A stretch of DNA of 63,810 nt, filler included, from an uncultured Acidimicrobiia bacterium (GTDB lineage: Bacteria > Actinomycetota > Acidimicrobiia > Spongiisociales > JAOTWH01): the NCBI GenBank assembly GCA_964347285.1. It is 3 parts of 3 records of this genome, joined end to end, with 100 filler letters (N's around TTAATTAATTAA, not from the genome) between each part and the next. Parts side by side here need not be neighbours in the genome. Positions count along the whole stretch, not along the records: positions 43,434 to 63,810 come from CAYFYE010000045.1; 2 more parts are not named here. The stretch is one strand, 5' to 3'. Of the stretch, positions 49,958 through 62,572 are shown piece after piece. Below the pieces are notes generated by a model. It was not told the origin of the DNA, did not search any database, and saw only the letters and a program-made list of their open reading frames with translations. The translations under genes were made by a program, and so were the position numbers. Numbering within the stretch: position 1 is the first letter of the stretch; each line of letters begins with the position of its first letter.

Positions 49958-52900
49958 TTGGCTCGAGGGCACAATGACCGTGTTTCATTCGCCAAGATTC
50001 CCGAAGTACTACCCCTACCCGATCTCCTCTCCGTCCAGCATGAGTCGTTCTCCTGGTTCCTGGAGCGGGGTCTCCAAGAGATCTTCGCCGAGATCTCGCC
50101 GATCGAGGATTTCACCGGTTCTCTGGCCCTCGAGCTGACCGATCATCGCTTCGGCGATCCGACGATGACGATCGAGGAGGCCAAGGAGCGAGACACCAAC
50201 TACGCCCGGCCTCTGTTCGTCACGGCGCGTTTCGTGAACAAGGCGACCGGCGAGATCAAAGAGCAGCAGGTCTTTCTCGGCGACTTCCCGATCATGACCG
50301 CCAACGGCACGTTCATCATCAACGGCACCGAACGCGTCGTCGTGAGCCAACTCGTCCGCTCGCCGGGTGTCTACTTCGATCAGAGCATCGACAAGACCTC
50401 GGACAAGGACATCTACACCGCCAAGATCATCCCCGGTCGGGGGGCATGGCTCGAATTCGACATCGACAAGAAGGACACGCTCGGGGTCCGGGTCGACCGG
50501 AAGCGCCGTCAGTACGTGACGACGTTCCTGCGAGCCCTGGGACTGGCCGAGACGAACGAAGAGGTCCTCGAGATGTTCGACGGAATCGAGGTGATCCAGA
50601 ACACTCTCGAGAAAGACCCCGCCCACGATCGCGACGAGGCCCTCCTCGACCTGTACCGCAAGTTGCGGCCCGGGGAGCTGACGACCGTCGAGTCGGCCCG
50701 GGGCCTCATCAACACCCTGTTCTACAACCCCAAGCGCTACGACCTGACCCGAGTGGGACGCTACAAACTCGACCAGAAGTTCGGTCGGGGCACCGATCCC
50801 AAGTCTCTCGACAAGTACAAGCCCGAAACGCTGGGACTGCTGTCCGAGGACGACATCCTGGACACGATCAAGTATCTGGTCCACCTGTACGACGGCACCG
50901 ATGGCTATCGGACCGACGACATCGATCATTTCGGCAACCGGCGCATCCGCACCGTCGGCGAGCTGATCCAAAACCAGATACGGGTCGGCCTGACCCGCCT
51001 GGAGCGAGTAGTGCGCGAGCGGATGACCACGCAGGATCCGGAGGCCATCACGCCCCAGACCCTGATCAACATCCGTCCCGTGGTGGCGTCGATCAAGGAG
51101 TTCTTCGGGACCAGCCAGCTCAGTCAGTTCATGGACCAGCCGAACCCATTGGCCGGGCTCACCCACCGCCGTCGCCTTTCGGCCTTGGGGCCGGGTGGGC
51201 TGTCGAGGGAGCGGGCCGGGTTCGAGGTGCGCGACGTACATCCGTCCCACTACGGGCGTATGTGCCCCATCGAGACTCCCGAGGGCCCCAACATCGGGCT
51301 GATCGGTTCGCTGGCCACGTACGCCAAGGTCAACCGATTCGGTTTCATCGAGACGCCCTACCGGCGTGTCGAGAACGGCAAAGTCACCGACAAGGTCGAT
51401 TACCTCACGGCCTCGCAGGAAGAGACCCACGTCATCGCCCAGGCCAATGCGGTGATCAAAGACGACGGGAGCTTTGCGCACCAGCGGGTGCTCGTTCGCA
51501 CGACCGGCGGTGAGGTCGAATATGTCAAACCGAGCGAAGTCGACTACATGGACGTATCGCCCAAGCAGGTCGTATCTGTGGCAACGTCGCTCATCCCGTT
51601 CCTCGAGCACGATGATGCCAACCGGGCCCTCATGGGATCCAACATGCAGCGCCAGGCAGTGCCGCTGCTGAGAGCGGAGGCCCCTCTGGTGGGTACCGGC
51701 GTCGAGGGCCGGGCCGCCCAGGATTCCGGCGACGTGTTGATCGCCGAGTTCGACGGCCAGGTCACCGAGGTCACCGGCGACGGCATCACCGTTCGGGCCG
51801 GAACCAAGACCCACACGTACCCGCTGCGGAAATTCGACCGCTCGAACCAGGGAACCTCGATCAACCAGAAGCCGGTGGTGAGCGAGGGCGACGCGATCAA
51901 GGCCGGCCAAGTCATCGCCGACGGTCCCTCTACCGAGCAGGGCGAGTTGGCGCTCGGAAAGAACCTGCTGGTGGCCTTCATGCCCTGGGAAGGGCACAAC
52001 TATGAGGACGCCATCATCATTTCAGAACGTCTGGTGCGCGACGACGTGTTCACTTCGGTGCACATCGAGGAGTACGAGATCGAGGCTCGGGACACCAAGC
52101 TGGGCGCGGAAGAGATCACTCGTGACATCCCGCAGGTGGCCGAAGAGGTGCTCGCCGACCTAGACGAGCGGGGCATCATCCGCATCGGCGCCGAGGTGGG
52201 GCCCGGCGACTACCTGGTGGGCAAGGTCACCCCCAAGGGCGAGACCGAGCTGACTCCAGAGGAGCGCTTGCTTCGAGCCATCTTTGGAGAGAAGGCCCGT
52301 GAAGTCCGCGACATGTCACTCAAGGTGCCACACGGCGAACGTGGCAAAGCCATAGACGTCAAGGTGTTCCGACGGGAGGACGGCGCCGACCTTCCCCCGG
52401 GAATGAACGAACTGGTCCGTGTGTACGTGGCCCAGCAGCGCAAGATCGCCGAGGGAGACAAGCTGGCCGGCCGTCACGGCAACAAAGGCGTCATCGCCAA
52501 GATCCTTCCCGAGGAAGACATGCCGTTCCTGGAAGACGGGACCCCGGTCGACATCATCCTTTCGCCACTGGGTGTGCCCTCCCGGATGAATCTGGGCCAG
52601 GTCCTCGAAACGCACTTGGGCTGGGCGGCCGCCCAGGGCTGGCGCCCCTTCACCGGGCTCGACAGCCCTGCCGCCAAGGGCGCCGGGCCGTGGACCAAAG
52701 TGGCCACGCCGGTGTTCGACGGCGCCCGGGAGAACGAGATCGTCAGCCTGCTGGCGAACGCCCAGCCGAACCGCGATGGAGACACCCTGGTCGACGCCTT
52801 CGGAAAGGCAACCCTCTACCACGGAACGACCGGGTTGCCCTTCGACCAGCCGGTAACGGTCGGGTACATCTACATCCTGAAGTTGCTTCACCTGGTGGAC

Positions 52901-53305
52901 GACAAGATCCACGCCCGTTCCACGGGCCCCTACTCGATGATCACCCAGCAACCGCTAGGGGGAAAGGCGCAGTTCGGAGGACAGAGGTTCGGGGAGATGG
53001 AAGTCTGGGCGCTGGAGGCCTACGGAGCCGCCTACGCCCTCCAGGAACTGCTCACGATCAAGTCCGATGACGTGCGGGGCCGGGTCAAGGTGTATGAGGC
53101 CATCGTCAAGGGCGAGAACATTCCCGAGCCGGGGATCCCCGAATCGTTCAAGGTGCTGGTCAAGGAGATGCAGAGCCTGTGCTTGAACGTCGAAATGCTC
53201 TCAGCCGGAGAGGAGGTTGAGCTCCGGGAGCTCGACGAGGACGCCTTCCGCACGGCCGAATCTCTCGGAATCGACATTTCGAGACCGGAACGAACCGAAG
53301 CGTGA
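49958..53305 (+). CDS. rpoB: RNA polymerase beta subunit
   Basis: [55 protein letters not shown] before TTG. Confidence 0.99.
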   Translation: MARGHNDRVSFAKIPEVLPLPDLLSVQHESFSWFLERGLQEIFAEISPIEDFTGSLALELTDHRFGDPTMTIEEAKERDTNYARPLFVTARFVNKATGEIKEQQVFLGDFPIMTANGTFIINGTERVVVSQLVRSPGVYFDQSIDKTSDKDIYTAKIIPGRGAWLEFDIDKKDTLGVRVDRKRRQYVTTFLRALGLAETNEEVLEMFDGIEVIQNTLEKDPAHDRDEALLDLYRKLRPGELTTVESARGLINTLFYNPKRYDLTRVGRYKLDQKFGRGTDPKSLDKYKPETLGLLSEDDILDTIKYLVHLYDGTDGYRTDDIDHFGNRRIRTVGELIQNQIRVGLTRLERVVRERMTTQDPEAITPQTLINIRPVVASIKEFFGTSQLSQFMDQPNPLAGLTHRRRLSALGPGGLSRERAGFEVRDVHPSHYGRMCPIETPEGPNIGLIGSLATYAKVNRFGFIETPYRRVENGKVTDKVDYLTASQEETHVIAQANAVIKDDGSFAHQRVLVRTTGGEVEYVKPSEVDYMDVSPKQVVSVATSLIPFLEHDDANRALMGSNMQRQAVPLLRAEAPLVGTGVEGRAAQDSGDVLIAEFDGQVTEVTGDGITVRAGTKTHTYPLRKFDRSNQGTSINQKPVVSEGDAIKAGQVIADGPSTEQGELALGKNLLVAFMPWEGHNYEDAIIISERLVRDDVFTSVHIEEYEIEARDTKLGAEEITRDIPQVAEEVLADLDERGIIRIGAEVGPGDYLVGKVTPKGETELTPEERLLRAIFGEKAREVRDMSLKVPHGERGKAIDVKVFRREDGADLPPGMNELVRVYVAQQRKIAEGDKLAGRHGNKGVIAKILPEEDMPFLEDGTPVDIILSPLGVPSRMNLGQVLETHLGWAAAQGWRPFTGLDSPAAKGAGPWTKVATPVFDGARENEIVSLLANAQPNRDGDTLVDAFGKATLYHGTTGLPFDQPVTVGYIYILKLLHLVDDKIHARSTGPYSMITQQPLGGKAQFGGQRFGEMEVWALEAYGAAYALQELLTIKSDDVRGRVKVYEAIVKGENIPEPGIPESFKVLVKEMQSLCLNVEMLSAGEEVELRELDEDAFRTAESLGIDISRPERTEA

Positions 53306-53361
53306 ACCAGGAGAGGATTCGACAGCTGGTAGCCGAAAGCTGCTGAGACACGGGAGCCCAC

Positions 53362-56300
53362 TTGCAAGAGCAACTCTTCGACGAACTCAAAATAGGCCTG
53401 GCCACAGCCGATCAGGTGCGTGCCTGGTCGCACGGCGAGGTGAAGAAGCCGGAGACCATCAACTATCGGACACTCAAGCCGGAGAAAGACGGGCTGTTCG
53501 ACGAACGGATCTTCGGTCCAACCCGCGATTGGGAGTGCTACTGCGGTAAGTACAAGCGCGTCCGTTTTCGTGGTGTGATCTGCGAGCGCTGCGGCGTGGA
53601 GGTGACCCGATCCAAGGTGCGTCGCGAGCGCATGGCCCACATCGAGCTGGCTGCCCCGGTGACGCATATCTGGTACTTCAAGGGTGTTCCGTCCCGGTTG
53701 GGTTATCTCTTGGACATGTCTCCCAAGGAGCTGGAGAAGGTCATTTACTTCGCCGCCTATCTCATCACCCACGTGGATGACGACAAGCGACAAAAGGACT
53801 TGTCCAAGCTCGAGGAGTCGATGCGTACCGAACTCGAAATCATTCAGCAGGAGTTCGACGAGTGGCGTGAAAATCGGCTCGAGCAATTGGAGCAGGAGCT
53901 CGGTCGGATGGAGGAGGGCGGCGCCAAGAGCGCCGAGATCAACCAGCGCCGGCGGGAAGTGGATCGCGAGATCAAGGATCGCGAGGAACGGGCCCATTTC
54001 GAAAAGGAGCTCGTCCAGGAGGCGTTCGACACTCTCAAGACGATGAAGCCCAAGGAGCTCATCGAGTCCGAGCAGCTGTGGCGCGAGATCTACGATCGCT
54101 ATGGGGAGTACTACGAGGGCGGGATGGGAGCCGAGGCCATCCAGGATCTGCTGGGCCGCCTCGACCTCGAGGATGAAGTCAAAAACCTGAAAGAGGATCT
54201 CGGCGCGAGCTCCGGGCAACGGCGCCAGCGGGCCACCAAGCGGCTCCGGGTGGTCCTTCCTTTCAACGAAGGTCGCAACGACCCGATGGCCATGATCCTG
54301 CAGGCGGTTCCCGTGATTCCCCCAGACCTGCGTCCCATGGTCCAGCTCGACGGTGGACGGTTCGCCACGAGCGACCTCAATGATCTCTATCGACGGGTGA
54401 TCAACCGAAACAACAGGTTGAAGCGGCTCCTCGACTTGGGGGCACCGGAGATCATCGTCAACAACGAGAAGCGCATGCTCCAGGAGGCAGTCGACGCCTT
54501 GTTCGACAACGGGCGACGGGGCCGGGCTGTAACCGGCCCCGGCAACCGGCCGCTCAAGTCGCTCTCCGACATGCTCAAGGGCAAGCAGGGCCGTTTCCGC
54601 CAGAACTTGCTGGGCAAGCGCGTCGACTACTCGGGCCGCTCGGTGATCGTGGTCGGGCCCCGGCTGCGGCTCCACCAGTGCGGCTTGCCCAAGGCCATGG
54701 CTTTGGAGCTCTTCAAACCCTTCGTGATGAAGCGGCTGGTCGACCTCGACCTGGCGCAGAACATCAAGGCAGCCAAGCGAATGGTCGAGCGGCACCGACC
54801 GCAAGTGTGGGACGTACTGGCCGAGGTGATCCGGGAGCACCCGGTGCTCCTGAACCGGGCCCCGACCCTACATCGCCTCGGCATCCAGGCCTTTGAGCCC
54901 GTGCTGGTCGAGGGGAAGGCCATCCAGATCCACCCTCTGGTCTGCGAGGCCTTCAACGCCGACTTCGACGGTGATCAGATGGCGGTGCATCTCCCGCTTT
55001 CCGCCGAAGCGCAAGCCGAAGCGCGGGTACTCATGCTGTCGATCAACAACGTGCTGTCGCCCGCCAGCGGACGGCCCATCATCACGCCCAGCCAGGACAT
55101 GATCATCGGCATCTTCTACCTGTCCGAGCAGGTCGACGACGAGAAGGGGGCCGGGCGGGCGTTCACGAATGTCGACGAGGCTCTCATGGCGTATGAGCTG
55201 GGACAGCTCGGACTCCATGCCCCCGTTCGGGTGAGGCTTGGAAGCCTGGTGGGGGACCCGGAGCTGCACGCTGGATTGAAGGAGGCCTTGGGAGACCTCA
55301 TCAGCGACGAGCCCCTCGACGGCCAAGCAGCCACCGAGACGACTGTGGGCAGGATTCTCATCAACCAGGCCTTCCCTGAGGATTTCCCTTACATCAACGA
55401 TCGGGTCCTCAAGTCCGACGTGCGCCGGCTGATCGAAGAGGTCATCGAGCGCTACGACAAGGCCGTTGTCGGAGGAGTGCTGGACGGCATCAAAGATCTG
55501 GGATTCAGCTATGCCACCAGAGCCGGCTTGACCATTGCTCTCGACGACGTCAAGACACCGCCCGACAAAGAGAAGATCCTCGAGGAGTACGAGACCAACG
55601 CCGCCCGGGTCGAAGGCCTCTACCAAAAAGGGGTCATCACCGACGACGAAAGGCGCCAGGAGCTCATCGAGATCTGGACCGAGGCGACCGACAAGGTCAA
55701 GGACGCCATGGAGGCAAGCCTCAGGGAGGACCTGTTCAACCCGATCGACATGATGGTGCGTTCGGGCGCTCGAGGAAACGTCATGCAGGTACGCCAGATT
55801 GCCGGCATGCGTGGGCTGGTGGCCAATCCGCGCGGTGACATCATCCCCAGGCCGATCAAGTCCAATTTCCGCGAGGGCCTGTCCGTGCTGGAGTACTTCA
55901 TCTCGACGCACGGGGCCCGCAAGGGGCTGGCCGACACCGCTCTTCGCACTGCCGACTCGGGCTACCTCACTCGGCGGCTCGTCGATGTGAGCCAGGAGGT
56001 CATCGTGGCCGGCGAGGATTGTGAGACCGATCGGGGCATCACGGTTGCCGTCCGCGATGAGCGCGGCCTGCCCATCCGCAACCTCCAGACCCGGATCTTC
56101 GGGCGGAGGCTGGCCGACGACGTGAAGGTGGAGCGCAAGCTGGTAGCCACCAAGGCGGGAGAGAAGCTGCGTCGGGGCACGATGCTGGGTCGGGCAGAGC
56201 TGGCGGCGATCGAGCAGGCCGAGGAGATCGATGAGATCCGGGTCCGCTCCGTCCTCACCTGTGAGGAGCGCCACGGCGTGTGCGCAGCCTGCTACGGGCT

Positions 56301-57282
56301 CAGCCTGGCCACGGGACGCCCGGTGGAGGCCGGCGAGGCGGTCGGCATCATTGCCGCCCAGTCGATCGGTGAGCCCGGTACTCAGTTGACCATGCGGACG
56401 TTCCACACCGGCGGCGTGGCCGGTGAAGACATCACCCACGGTCTGCCTCGGGTGACCGAGCTCTTCGAGGCACGCACCCCCAAGGGCAAGGCCGTGCTGG
56501 CCGAGCATGGTGGCAAGGTCAAGCTCGTGGACGACCAGGATGGGCGCCGCATTGTCGTCAAGGCCAAAGACGAAGAGTACGAGTACCCCCTGCCGCGCCG
56601 GGCCCGACTCCGTATCCACGACGGCGACGAGATCGAGCCCGGCACCCAGCTGACGGAAGGGCCTCTCGACCCCAAGGAAGTGCTTGAGGTTCAAGGTGTG
56701 AGGGCCGCCCAGAGGTATCTCGTGGATCAGGTGCAGGAGGTCTATCGGAGTCAGGGCGTCGACATCCACGACAAGCACATCGAGATGGTGGTCCGCCAGA
56801 TGCTTCGCAAGGTCCGGGTGGTGGCGCCCGGTGACTCCAACTATCTGCCTGCCGAGTTGGTCGACGACCGCGAGTTCCGGGAGGCCAACCAGGAGCTGGT
56901 GGGCAAAGGCAAGGCTCCGGCCGAGGGGCGTCCCGAATTGATGGGGATCACCAAGGCCTCCCTGGCTACCGACTCGTGGTTGTCGGCGGCCTCGTTCCAA
57001 GAAACGACCCGCGTTCTCACCGAAGCCGCACTACAGGCCAAGTCGGACTACCTGCGAGGGCTCAAAGAGAACGTCATCATCGGCAAGCTGATTCCGGCCG
57101 GCACCGGTTCCGACGTCTACCAGGAGGTCGAGCCGATTCTGCCGGATGCCACGGTCGTCGGTGCCTTCGGGCTCGTCGGGGAGGGCGAACTTGCCGAGGA
57201 AGAGGTCCTCCCCGCGGATCCGGCCGAGTGGCTGGCGTCGCTGGGCGCTCCCGGCGCCGAAGGCACGCCGGAGGGGGAGTAA
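53362..57282 (+). CDS. rpoC: RNA polymerase beta' subunit
   Basis: [31 protein letters not shown], actinobacterial coiled-coil insert. Confidence 0.99.
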   Translation: MQEQLFDELKIGLATADQVRAWSHGEVKKPETINYRTLKPEKDGLFDERIFGPTRDWECYCGKYKRVRFRGVICERCGVEVTRSKVRRERMAHIELAAPVTHIWYFKGVPSRLGYLLDMSPKELEKVIYFAAYLITHVDDDKRQKDLSKLEESMRTELEIIQQEFDEWRENRLEQLEQELGRMEEGGAKSAEINQRRREVDREIKDREERAHFEKELVQEAFDTLKTMKPKELIESEQLWREIYDRYGEYYEGGMGAEAIQDLLGRLDLEDEVKNLKEDLGASSGQRRQRATKRLRVVLPFNEGRNDPMAMILQAVPVIPPDLRPMVQLDGGRFATSDLNDLYRRVINRNNRLKRLLDLGAPEIIVNNEKRMLQEAVDALFDNGRRGRAVTGPGNRPLKSLSDMLKGKQGRFRQNLLGKRVDYSGRSVIVVGPRLRLHQCGLPKAMALELFKPFVMKRLVDLDLAQNIKAAKRMVERHRPQVWDVLAEVIREHPVLLNRAPTLHRLGIQAFEPVLVEGKAIQIHPLVCEAFNADFDGDQMAVHLPLSAEAQAEARVLMLSINNVLSPASGRPIITPSQDMIIGIFYLSEQVDDEKGAGRAFTNVDEALMAYELGQLGLHAPVRVRLGSLVGDPELHAGLKEALGDLISDEPLDGQAATETTVGRILINQAFPEDFPYINDRVLKSDVRRLIEEVIERYDKAVVGGVLDGIKDLGFSYATRAGLTIALDDVKTPPDKEKILEEYETNAARVEGLYQKGVITDDERRQELIEIWTEATDKVKDAMEASLREDLFNPIDMMVRSGARGNVMQVRQIAGMRGLVANPRGDIIPRPIKSNFREGLSVLEYFISTHGARKGLADTALRTADSGYLTRRLVDVSQEVIVAGEDCETDRGITVAVRDERGLPIRNLQTRIFGRRLADDVKVERKLVATKAGEKLRRGTMLGRAELAAIEQAEEIDEIRVRSVLTCEERHGVCAACYGLSLATGRPVEAGEAVGIIAAQSIGEPGTQLTMRTFHTGGVAGEDITHGLPRVTELFEARTPKGKAVLAEHGGKVKLVDDQDGRRIVVKAKDEEYEYPLPRRARLRIHDGDEIEPGTQLTEGPLDPKEVLEVQGVRAAQRYLVDQVQEVYRSQGVDIHDKHIEMVVRQMLRKVRVVAPGDSNYLPAELVDDREFREANQELVGKGKAPAEGRPELMGITKASLATDSWLSAASFQETTRVLTEAALQAKSDYLRGLKENVIIGKLIPAGTGSDVYQEVEPILPDATVVGAFGLVGEGELAEEEVLPADPAEWLASLGAPGAEGTPEGE

Positions 57283-57359
57283 GCCGGCGGAAGACCGGCC
57301 CGGGTGCCGCACGAGTCATTCGGTCCATCTCGATCCACTCGATCGGTAGATTCGGTGGT

Positions 57360-58289
57360 GTGAGAGGGACCGGCAAGCCTGTTGCGCCGAGCGACTCCAT
57401 GGGAGTGGCCGCGGCCAAGGTGCTGCGAGTCCAGTTCGAGCGGATGCTGTCCCACGAGCCCGGAGCTCGCAAGGGGGAGGATCCCGAAGAGGTCCACCAG
57501 ATGCGGGTGGCGACTCGAAGGATGAGAGCCGCCCTGCTGCTCTTCAAGGATCACGTGGCCTCAGAAAGGGTTGGCCCGATCGGCAAACGGGTCCGGGAAC
57601 TGGCCACGACGTTGGGCCTCGTTCGCGACCTCGACGTCTACCTCGAGGGCGTCGAAAGGTACCGGGCGGACCTCGGGGTGGAGCAGGCCGCCGGGCTCGA
57701 GCCACTGTGCGCCGCAGTGGCCCGGGAACGAACCGCCTCACAGGAGCGGCTCGTGGCCTACCTCGACAGGCGCCGCTACCTGCGATTGCAGAAGGCCTTG
57801 CGTCGTCTGATCGATGAGTGGGCTGCCGCAGAAGGCGGAGCGACCGTTGCCGAGGTGGCTCCCGGCGCAGTGTGGGATCGCTACCGGATGCTCCTCGACA
57901 AGGGGGCCGGGGTGGTGGACGGCTCCGATCTGGCCGCCCTCCATGCAGTACGCATCGGGGCCAAGAAGCTTCGCTACTCGCTGGAGTTCTTTCGGGACGC
58001 CTTCGGAGAGCCGGCCGTGGCTCCCATCGAGGAGCTGAAAGCCGCCCAGGATCACCTCGGTGAGCTCAACGACTGTCTCGTGGCCACGGTCTACACCTCT
58101 TCTTATCTCTCCACCGGATCGCTACGCGGCCCGGGACGCCGGGGCCGAGCCGTCGTCCTGCCCGGGGCGGCCGACTATCTGGCTTACGGCCAGCGGCGGG
58201 CCGCAGAGCTGGCGTCCTCGTTCCCGGCCTGGTGGCAGCGACTCGCCGGGTCCGAGTTCCACGACTCCTTGCAGGAGGCAATCCGGTGA
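57360..58289 (+). CDS. CHAD domain (polyphosphate-binding) protein
   Basis: DPEEVHQMRVATRRMRAAL, LG.VRDLDV, LHAVRIGAKKLRYSLE, QDHLGELND. Confidence 0.9.
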   Translation: MRGTGKPVAPSDSMGVAAAKVLRVQFERMLSHEPGARKGEDPEEVHQMRVATRRMRAALLLFKDHVASERVGPIGKRVRELATTLGLVRDLDVYLEGVERYRADLGVEQAAGLEPLCAAVARERTASQERLVAYLDRRRYLRLQKALRRLIDEWAAAEGGATVAEVAPGAVWDRYRMLLDKGAGVVDGSDLAALHAVRIGAKKLRYSLEFFRDAFGEPAVAPIEELKAAQDHLGELNDCLVATVYTSSYLSTGSLRGPGRRGRAVVLPGAADYLAYGQRRAAELASSFPAWWQRLAGSEFHDSLQEAIR

Positions 58290-58331
58290 AGAGCTAGGGC
58301 CGCTCCGATTGGGGCAGCTACGCTGTGGCGA

Positions 58332-59027
58332 GTGGCGGCCACAGTTCCCAGGCTGCGTCGAGTCCTCAAGGACAAGGCGCCGACGACCTCGATCGAACGC
58401 CGGCTGTGGGACCAAGGCAGAGACGTCATCGTCGGCATGGACGAGGTCGGTCGGGGGGCGTGGGCGGGCCCGATAAGCGTCGGGGCGGCGGTGATCCCCC
58501 GGGACCGCAGGATCTACAAGGTCCGTGACTCGAAGATGCTCACCGAAGCCGAGCGGGAGGCCCTCTTCGAGCGGGTGGCGGATTGGTGTGTGGCCTGGTC
58601 GGTGGGCCACGCCTCCAGTTTCGAATGCGACGAGTTGGGCATGTCCGACGCGCAGAAGCTGGCGGCCCGCAGGGCCCTCGACGGGCTGGGCTCGACCCCC
58701 GATGCAGTGGTCATCGACGGGCGGTGGGATTTCGTCGGCGGGGCCACCGAGCGGCTGGTGGGCGGCGACGCCGACTGCCTGTCGATCTCGGCGGCCTCGA
58801 TCCTCGCCAAGGTCACCAGAGATCGCATCATGCGCGCCGAGGCGGAGAGTTTCCCCTGGTATTGCTTCGAGATGAACAAGGGCTATCCGGGACCTCGGCA
58901 CAAGTCGGCCCTCCAGGCGTTGGGCCCGTCCTCCATACACCGTCGTAGCTGGGCATTCATGGACTACATCCCGTGGACCGGACTGCCGCGGCTGCGTCGC
59001 CCCGACTCACAGGGCCTGCTGTTCTGA
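58332..59027 (+). CDS. rnhB: ribonuclease HII
   Basis: GMDEVGRGAWAGP, DSKML, IDG, ISAASILAKVTRD, NKGYP, IHRRS. Confidence 0.95.
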   Translation: MAATVPRLRRVLKDKAPTTSIERRLWDQGRDVIVGMDEVGRGAWAGPISVGAAVIPRDRRIYKVRDSKMLTEAEREALFERVADWCVAWSVGHASSFECDELGMSDAQKLAARRALDGLGSTPDAVVIDGRWDFVGGATERLVGGDADCLSISAASILAKVTRDRIMRAEAESFPWYCFEMNKGYPGPRHKSALQALGPSSIHRRSWAFMDYIPWTGLPRLRRPDSQGLLF

Positions 59028-59261
59028 GATCGGCTCCGAACCAGCCTGCTCATGGCCTGGGTGGCCGAGCATCTGCCGGCGCAAAGCGCACGACGAACCG
59101 CTCCCGCTCCGCCCGACCTCGAGGTGCGAATATATCGGTGTAGGCCTCCTCTCCGAGTCGGCCGGCGAAGAGCGCTCCACTTCCCGTGTCGGGCCCGTGC
59201 ACCGCTCCGCTTGGCGGCGGGCCAACCCGGCCGTTGCCGTGTTCTGTGCGAGGATTGCGGC

Positions 59262-60011
59262 GTGGACGCCGGCGCCTATCTGAAGCGGATCGGTATCACC
59301 GGTGAGGTGACGCCCGATCTCGATTCGCTGGAGCGCTTGCAGCGGACACATCTCACCGCGGTTCCCTTTGAGAACCTTGACGTGTTCCATCGTCGCGGGG
59401 TGGCCACAGGCATCGAGTGGTCGGTGCCGAAGATCGTCGAGCGGGGCCGTGGTGGCTGGTGCTACGAGCTGAACGGGGCCTTCGCCGCTCTGCTCGAGGC
59501 CGTCGGGTTCTCGGTGACCCGCCTCGGCGCCACCGTGTTGCTCGACGCCGAGGTGTCGCCCGTCCCCGATCATCTCACGCTGCAAGTGAACCTCGAGCAC
59601 CCCTACCTGGTCGACGTTGGATTCGGCGATAGCTTCATCCGCCCTCTTCTTCTGGACGCGGAAGGACCCCAAGACGGGGGAAGCGGGCGGTTCGGGTTTC
59701 GGTTCGAGGGGGAGTTCACCACGTTGCTGGAGTGGAGCACCGACGGGAGTCCCAAACCGCAGTACCGCTTCGATCAGAAACCGCGGGTGACCGCGGATTT
59801 CGACCAGCCGTCACACCGGTTGCAGACCGAACCGGCACTGGGCTGGACCCGGTCTCCGTTTGCCACCCGTCTGCTCGACGGTGGTCCTGATCGGGTGACC
59901 CTCCTCGAAAACCGCATCAAAGTCCGGCGGGATGGAGTGTGGAGCGAACACCCTGTTCCATCCGAGGAGTGGGCGCAGACCCTGCATCGCTGGTTCGGTC
60001 TCACCCCTTGA
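59262..60011 (+). CDS. arylamine N-acetyltransferase family protein
   Basis: YLKRIG, HLTAVPFENLD, RGGWCYELN, DHL.L.V, YLVDVGFG. Confidence 0.93.
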   Translation: MDAGAYLKRIGITGEVTPDLDSLERLQRTHLTAVPFENLDVFHRRGVATGIEWSVPKIVERGRGGWCYELNGAFAALLEAVGFSVTRLGATVLLDAEVSPVPDHLTLQVNLEHPYLVDVGFGDSFIRPLLLDAEGPQDGGSGRFGFRFEGEFTTLLEWSTDGSPKPQYRFDQKPRVTADFDQPSHRLQTEPALGWTRSPFATRLLDGGPDRVTLLENRIKVRRDGVWSEHPVPSEEWAQTLHRWFGLTP

Positions 60012-60404
60012 CCGGGCCGCAGGATGGCCGCCTTCTTCGATCAGATCCATAGGCACGCAGCGGCGTATACGTTCCTGGAACTGACGCAGGCGTCGGCTGG
60101 TGGTGACGACGGCGGCCGCCGTTCACGAGGTTGTGACCACTGACGGGTCCCAGCGCCGGAAGGCAATCGGTCGGACGACGTGCCGGCCTCGAGTGGTTGG
60201 CTCGGAGTGGCCGCGACCTCATCGCCGAGCACGACCAACCACCAGCGTGAGCTGCGCGTTGCCGCGTCAGGTAGAGGTCACTGGTTTGATGGTCGCGACC
60301 ATGAGACGTGCCGCGACGAGGCCCGGGAACCGACGCAACCCCGAACCCCTTCAGGTGCCCGTGTCCGCCGACCAGGTCGGTCAAACGCTGGCTCGTTACG
60401 TTCC

Positions 60405-60855
60405 TCACTGCTTGGCCTCGACGTCGGTCTCCGAGTCGACTGGCTCGAGGAGAACGACGGGGAGGATCCGTGTCGTCTTGGCCTCGTAGGTGGCGAGCGC
60501 CGGGAGCTGGTCGGGCCCACAACCCAGCTCGTTCGTCGGTGTCGGCCACTCCGGCCACGGCGGGATACGTGGGGGGCTGCCGATCGTGACGTCTACGTGA
60601 GGGCCGTCTTGGAGGTTGCGGAGCCATACCGGGCGATGGCCGGATCCAGGTCGGCCCCGCAGACGGCGGTGCGGTCGTAGAGCGCGGTCGAGGTCGGGAT
60701 GGCGCCGAGGGAGTGGTGTGTGCTCTTCCGATCTTCGGCCGGTGGTGGTGAGCAGGAGGATGGGGGCGTTCCCCGATGCGGCCGCCCCCTCTTCGCCCGC
60801 CGATCCGGTGCACCCGAACGTGGGTGCTGGTGGCTGCTTCCAGGTTGATTCTCAG
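60405..60855 (-). pseudogene. deazaflavin (F420)-dependent nitroreductase family gene, frameshifted
   Basis: Pieces across frames: GRIGNAPILLLTTTGRRS, GSGHRPVWLRNL, TYEAKTTRILPVVLLEP. Confidence 0.75.
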
Positions 60856-62132
60856 TGGCGACGCACTCCAGAGTTCGGTGCCGTCGTTTCGTGATGCCGT
60901 GAATCGGTGGGCGCGCGCTGTTCCGGTGCGCGGTCCCGCGAGTCGGTGGTGGCGATGATTCGGTTGGCGGCGTGGAGGCCGGTGAGGTAGGCGTCTTCGA
61001 GGCCGACGATGTTGTGGTCGCCGATCAGGTAGAGGTTGGGGCCTTGTTCGACTTCGAGGAGGTCGTCCCCGAGGAGATGGAATGCCGGGTTCCAGTGCTT
61101 GTGCTCGAGGACTTCCCAGTTGGAGAAGTAGCGGTCGAGGTCGGGATGGCGCCGTCGTGAGCTCAAGAGAACGGTGCCGCTCTCCTGGCGGGCGATGGCC
61201 AGGGTGGGGTCGGATTCGGGGAAGAGGTGGATGTCGGCTCGGCGGAAGGGGTCGCGCAGCGCTCCAAAGACGTGAAACATGTGGGCAGACACGGGTCGCT
61301 TGGCTGCGGGCAGGTCGAGGAGTTTCTTGGCCACGTCGGTCGGAGTGGCGATCACCAGGCGCTCGGTGGTCAGCGTCCCGTTGGCCTTGGTCTCGATGTC
61401 ATATCCGGCTCCGTGGGCACTGAGTCCCGTCACCGTGTCGGCGGCGATGGCGTCGACGAAGCCGTTGACGAGTCGATCGAACCGCGGCGTGAACTCGTAG
61501 GCCCGGACGAGGACGGGGAGTGCGCCGAGGAGGAGCGTGAACGCCGTGATCTCGTGCAGCGATGCGAACGCAGTGCCGTGGAGGCCCGGTGCCAGATACC
61601 AGCGGGCCAGGTCGTTGATCCGGTGCTGAGCGATGAAGTCTGGCGCCGGCTGGTGGTAGAGCTCCAGCAGCATTGGGTCCTCGCGTATGGCTGCCGCCTG
61701 CCCGATGCTGATGCTGCGCCGTTTGAAGACGTTGTGGCGGGCACGGAACTCGGCGAGGAGGCGGAGGAATCGGGTCGCTTGTGGCAGGTGGAGCAGGAGC
61801 CTTGGGTCCCAATACGTGTAGGTATCGCGGCCGTAGTGTCGTTGGGTCACCAGCCGGTCGATGCGCCGTCCGAGGCGGACGTATCTGTTGACGTGGGTGC
61901 AGTCGGCGCGCACGTAGTAGGCGCCCAGATTGACCGCCCCGTCACGAGATTGCCGGATCCGGCCGCCGACGTCCTCCGAGATCAGCAGAAAGCGTCTCCC
62001 CGCCTCCTGGAGGCGCCGGGCGCATGCCAGGCCTGCGATCCCAGCGCCAACGATGATCGTCTCCGTAGAACCGCCGAGGCGCGGCGCAGAACGTTGCGTC
62101 TCGGGTGGCTGTGATGTCACCGGATGCGCCAT
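60852..62132 (-). CDS. FAD-dependent oxidoreductase (amine oxidase/protoporphyrinogen oxidase-like)
   Basis: IVGAGIAGLACA, VGGRI, LGAYY, LYLIGDH...LEDAYLTG.HAA. Confidence 0.85.
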   Translation of the reverse strand: MAHPVTSQPPETQRSAPRLGGSTETIIVGAGIAGLACARRLQEAGRRFLLISEDVGGRIRQSRDGAVNLGAYYVRADCTHVNRYVRLGRRIDRLVTQRHYGRDTYTYWDPRLLLHLPQATRFLRLLAEFRARHNVFKRRSISIGQAAAIREDPMLLELYHQPAPDFIAQHRINDLARWYLAPGLHGTAFASLHEITAFTLLLGALPVLVRAYEFTPRFDRLVNGFVDAIAADTVTGLSAHGAGYDIETKANGTLTTERLVIATPTDVAKKLLDLPAAKRPVSAHMFHVFGALRDPFRRADIHLFPESDPTLAIARQESGTVLLSSRRRHPDLDRYFSNWEVLEHKHWNPAFHLLGDDLLEVEQGPNLYLIGDHNIVGLEDAYLTGLHAANRIIATTDSRDRAPEQRAPTDSRHHETTAPNSGVRRH

Positions 62133-62572
62133 CGCTTGCTCCTGTCTCGCCGGCGAACGCGGGGCGTTCCCCCGGCTTCAGGGGGTTTCACGCGGCTTTG
62201 GCGCCTGTCTGCGGCGGTGCTCGCTCGAGCGCCTCGACGATGCGTTTGGTGTTGTCGCGGAAGGCGGTGATGTTGCACGTACATCCACTTTGGCCGAGAA
62301 GTCCCCGGGAGCCTCTTCGAACATACGGTTCGATGTTTCGCCGAGCTTGGGTACGACAGACGCACGACTAGCGCGGCGACTCCAACGACGGCGCCCGTCT
62401 CAAGCAGCTTGGGTGCGAGTTCTCTCCTGGCTATTTCCCCTCTCGTAGACTGCTTGTCGATCAATGGGTGTTTTGGGTCGGTTTGCGTCCGTCGAGGCAC
62501 CTACGAATATCCCCCGCAGTCTCCTTTCTGCAGTCCTCCACGCTTGCGCATCTGATTGTGCCGGCGCGGTGT

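Noticed and set aside
51090..51200. Rifampicin-resistant RpoB ([16 protein letters not shown])
   Set aside because: Key Q, D, H and S residues of cluster I are intact; the other differences look like natural variation
50015..57000. Long antisense ORFs opposite rpoB/rpoC and many other genes
   Set aside because: Expected shadow frames in high-GC coding DNA; no recognisable motifs
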